Shown one piece after another: positions 62,712 to 64,000 of a stretch of 64,000 nt of DNA. Every line of letters starts with the position of its first letter. Within the stretch, counting starts at the first letter, position 1. The DNA lies in the NCBI GenBank assembly GCA_002633005.1, contig NMRA01000493.1:173647-237646 (forward strand). The letters run 5' to 3'. The stretch comes from Phoronis australis (lineage: Eukaryota; Animalia; Phoronida). The position numbers and the translations under genes were made by a program. The notes under the pieces were generated by a model, which saw nothing but the letters and a program-made list of their open reading frames with translations, had not been told where the DNA came from and ran no database searches.

Positions 62712-63725
62712 GCTGGAGTTAGTAATTTAAGATAGTGCTATCAAGATCCCAGGGGTCCGTTCCAACAAAACTGACTTAGCTAATGCAAATCTTAAATTTT
62801 AGTAAATTTTAAAATACAAGTTAAATTTGTCTCAAGACCAATTCAAGAGAGAGATCTTAAGTACGACTTAAGAAATAAAAAAATGGTACCAGATGGAAGG
62901 ATTTGTTTGATCTCGGCTGGTTCTGGCTAAAATTATTTCTTGGCGGTTTTCCGCGGCACATTTTTTTAAAACTCAGAATTCGTTCCTGAAAACTCTGCCT
63001 TGCGTCGTGTGGCGGGTGTCGAGGAGTCCGGGGGATAAAAGGATATCAAGCCAGGTTTTGGCTAAAAAGAGGGATACAGACCCCTACCCTAGAGTAATAC
63101 ATCCTTCTTTAAACCCGTAACTGAATATGGAATTTGCACACACACGCACGTACGCACGCATGCACGTACACACGCACGCACGCAACACGCCGTGTGCTGC
63201 TTGACAGGTAACAGACATAGCAAGGAAAGTTTAGGTTTCATGGCACTCCCCCAAGAAATATTCAACATTGTTTTGTAAAAACAGATTTATTCCAGTGGTA
63301 GTCACTCACGTTTGTGATTTAAACTTGCACTGTTCACGGTATCAAAAAATCATGATGACAGTCTGATCGACATAGCAAATTTCTTCATCTACTCTGACGT
63401 AGTCACGGTGGGGCACAAGGGCGCCATGACCCCACCTGCTTAGTTAACGAAAGTTGTTTGGCGCGAGTTCTTCAACAAAGAAATATTACGCAGTGCGCAC
63501 ATGAACTCCCTAGTCAAGGAATGAAGCTGCATGATGGCCTTAAATAAACAAATAAAGCAAGGTCTTCACTTCAGTCTCCATTATGTTCCCACATTGTCTG
63601 AGAAGAAAGTTCACTTGCACGTAGTGTGTCAGAACTTAGACTGACACTGTTCTTAGTTTTACTTTGTTTTATTGTTCTGTTTGTATTATTGATTGACATG
63701 ACCCATGAGATCAGTACCGTGATGA

Positions 63726-64000
63726 TGTAATTTGTTTACTACAGAGTAGTCTGGAACTTTCTAGAAGAGTCTAGCATGTCAGAAACTAATGTAGTCTGGA
63801 ATATTCTAGAGGCTAGTACACGTTTGTAGAATTATTGGGTAGATTCCGGAAAGTTGTAGAATGTGCTTGAATTGGTGAAAAGTTCTAGAAGATTGCATTA
63901 GGCTATATATACCCAGTCACGTGTTTGGGACGACCAGTTAAGCAGTTGAAGGAGTTGAAAATTGAAAATAATTTGTTACAAAAGAGTTACAGTTGAGTTG
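63726..64000 (+). mobile_element. Possible start of an LTR, running off the window
   Basis: Begins TGTAAT, has repeated TCTAGAA/GTAGAA motifs and a TATATATA box at ~63904. The 3' CA end and TSD are not visible. Confidence 0.35.

Overview
Eukaryotic, AT-rich, intron-rich animal DNA. The repeat landscape suggests an invertebrate bilaterian such as a mollusc, but the species cannot be determined from the sequence alone. Three spliced host genes were reconstructed by hand with GT-AG junctions and consistent phases. (1) The 5' part of NPEPL1 (M17 aminopeptidase-like 1) on the minus strand; three coding exons lie at 8131-5346 and the gene continues off the left edge. (2) A complete 5-exon gigaxonin (GAN, BTB-BACK-Kelch) gene on the plus strand, 10574-19816, 601 aa, head-to-head with NPEPL1. 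(3) A complete 9-exon SLC7 L-type/y+L amino-acid transporter light chain on the minus strand, 57896-24497, 486 aa. The introns and the right flank are dense with mobile DNA: two Kolobok-type relics, a mariner fossil with a nested MITE, a hAT fossil, many MITEs with 5-6 bp or TTAA/TA target duplications, Helentron-like (HINE) arrays, CR1/L2 tails, tRNA-derived SINE heads and many minisatellites. There is a 670-N gap. The most notable candidates are: a perfect ~49 x 55-bp intronic array in which every unit carries a bulged let-7 site on the transcribed strand (possible natural sponge); HINE arrays in which a CTCF-consensus motif is the best-conserved part of each unit; a minisatellite built from a splice donor; and a Kolobok-like transposase that has a ZNF653-like N-terminus instead of THAP. 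All family assignments come from motif recognition and recalled sequences, not from database searches.
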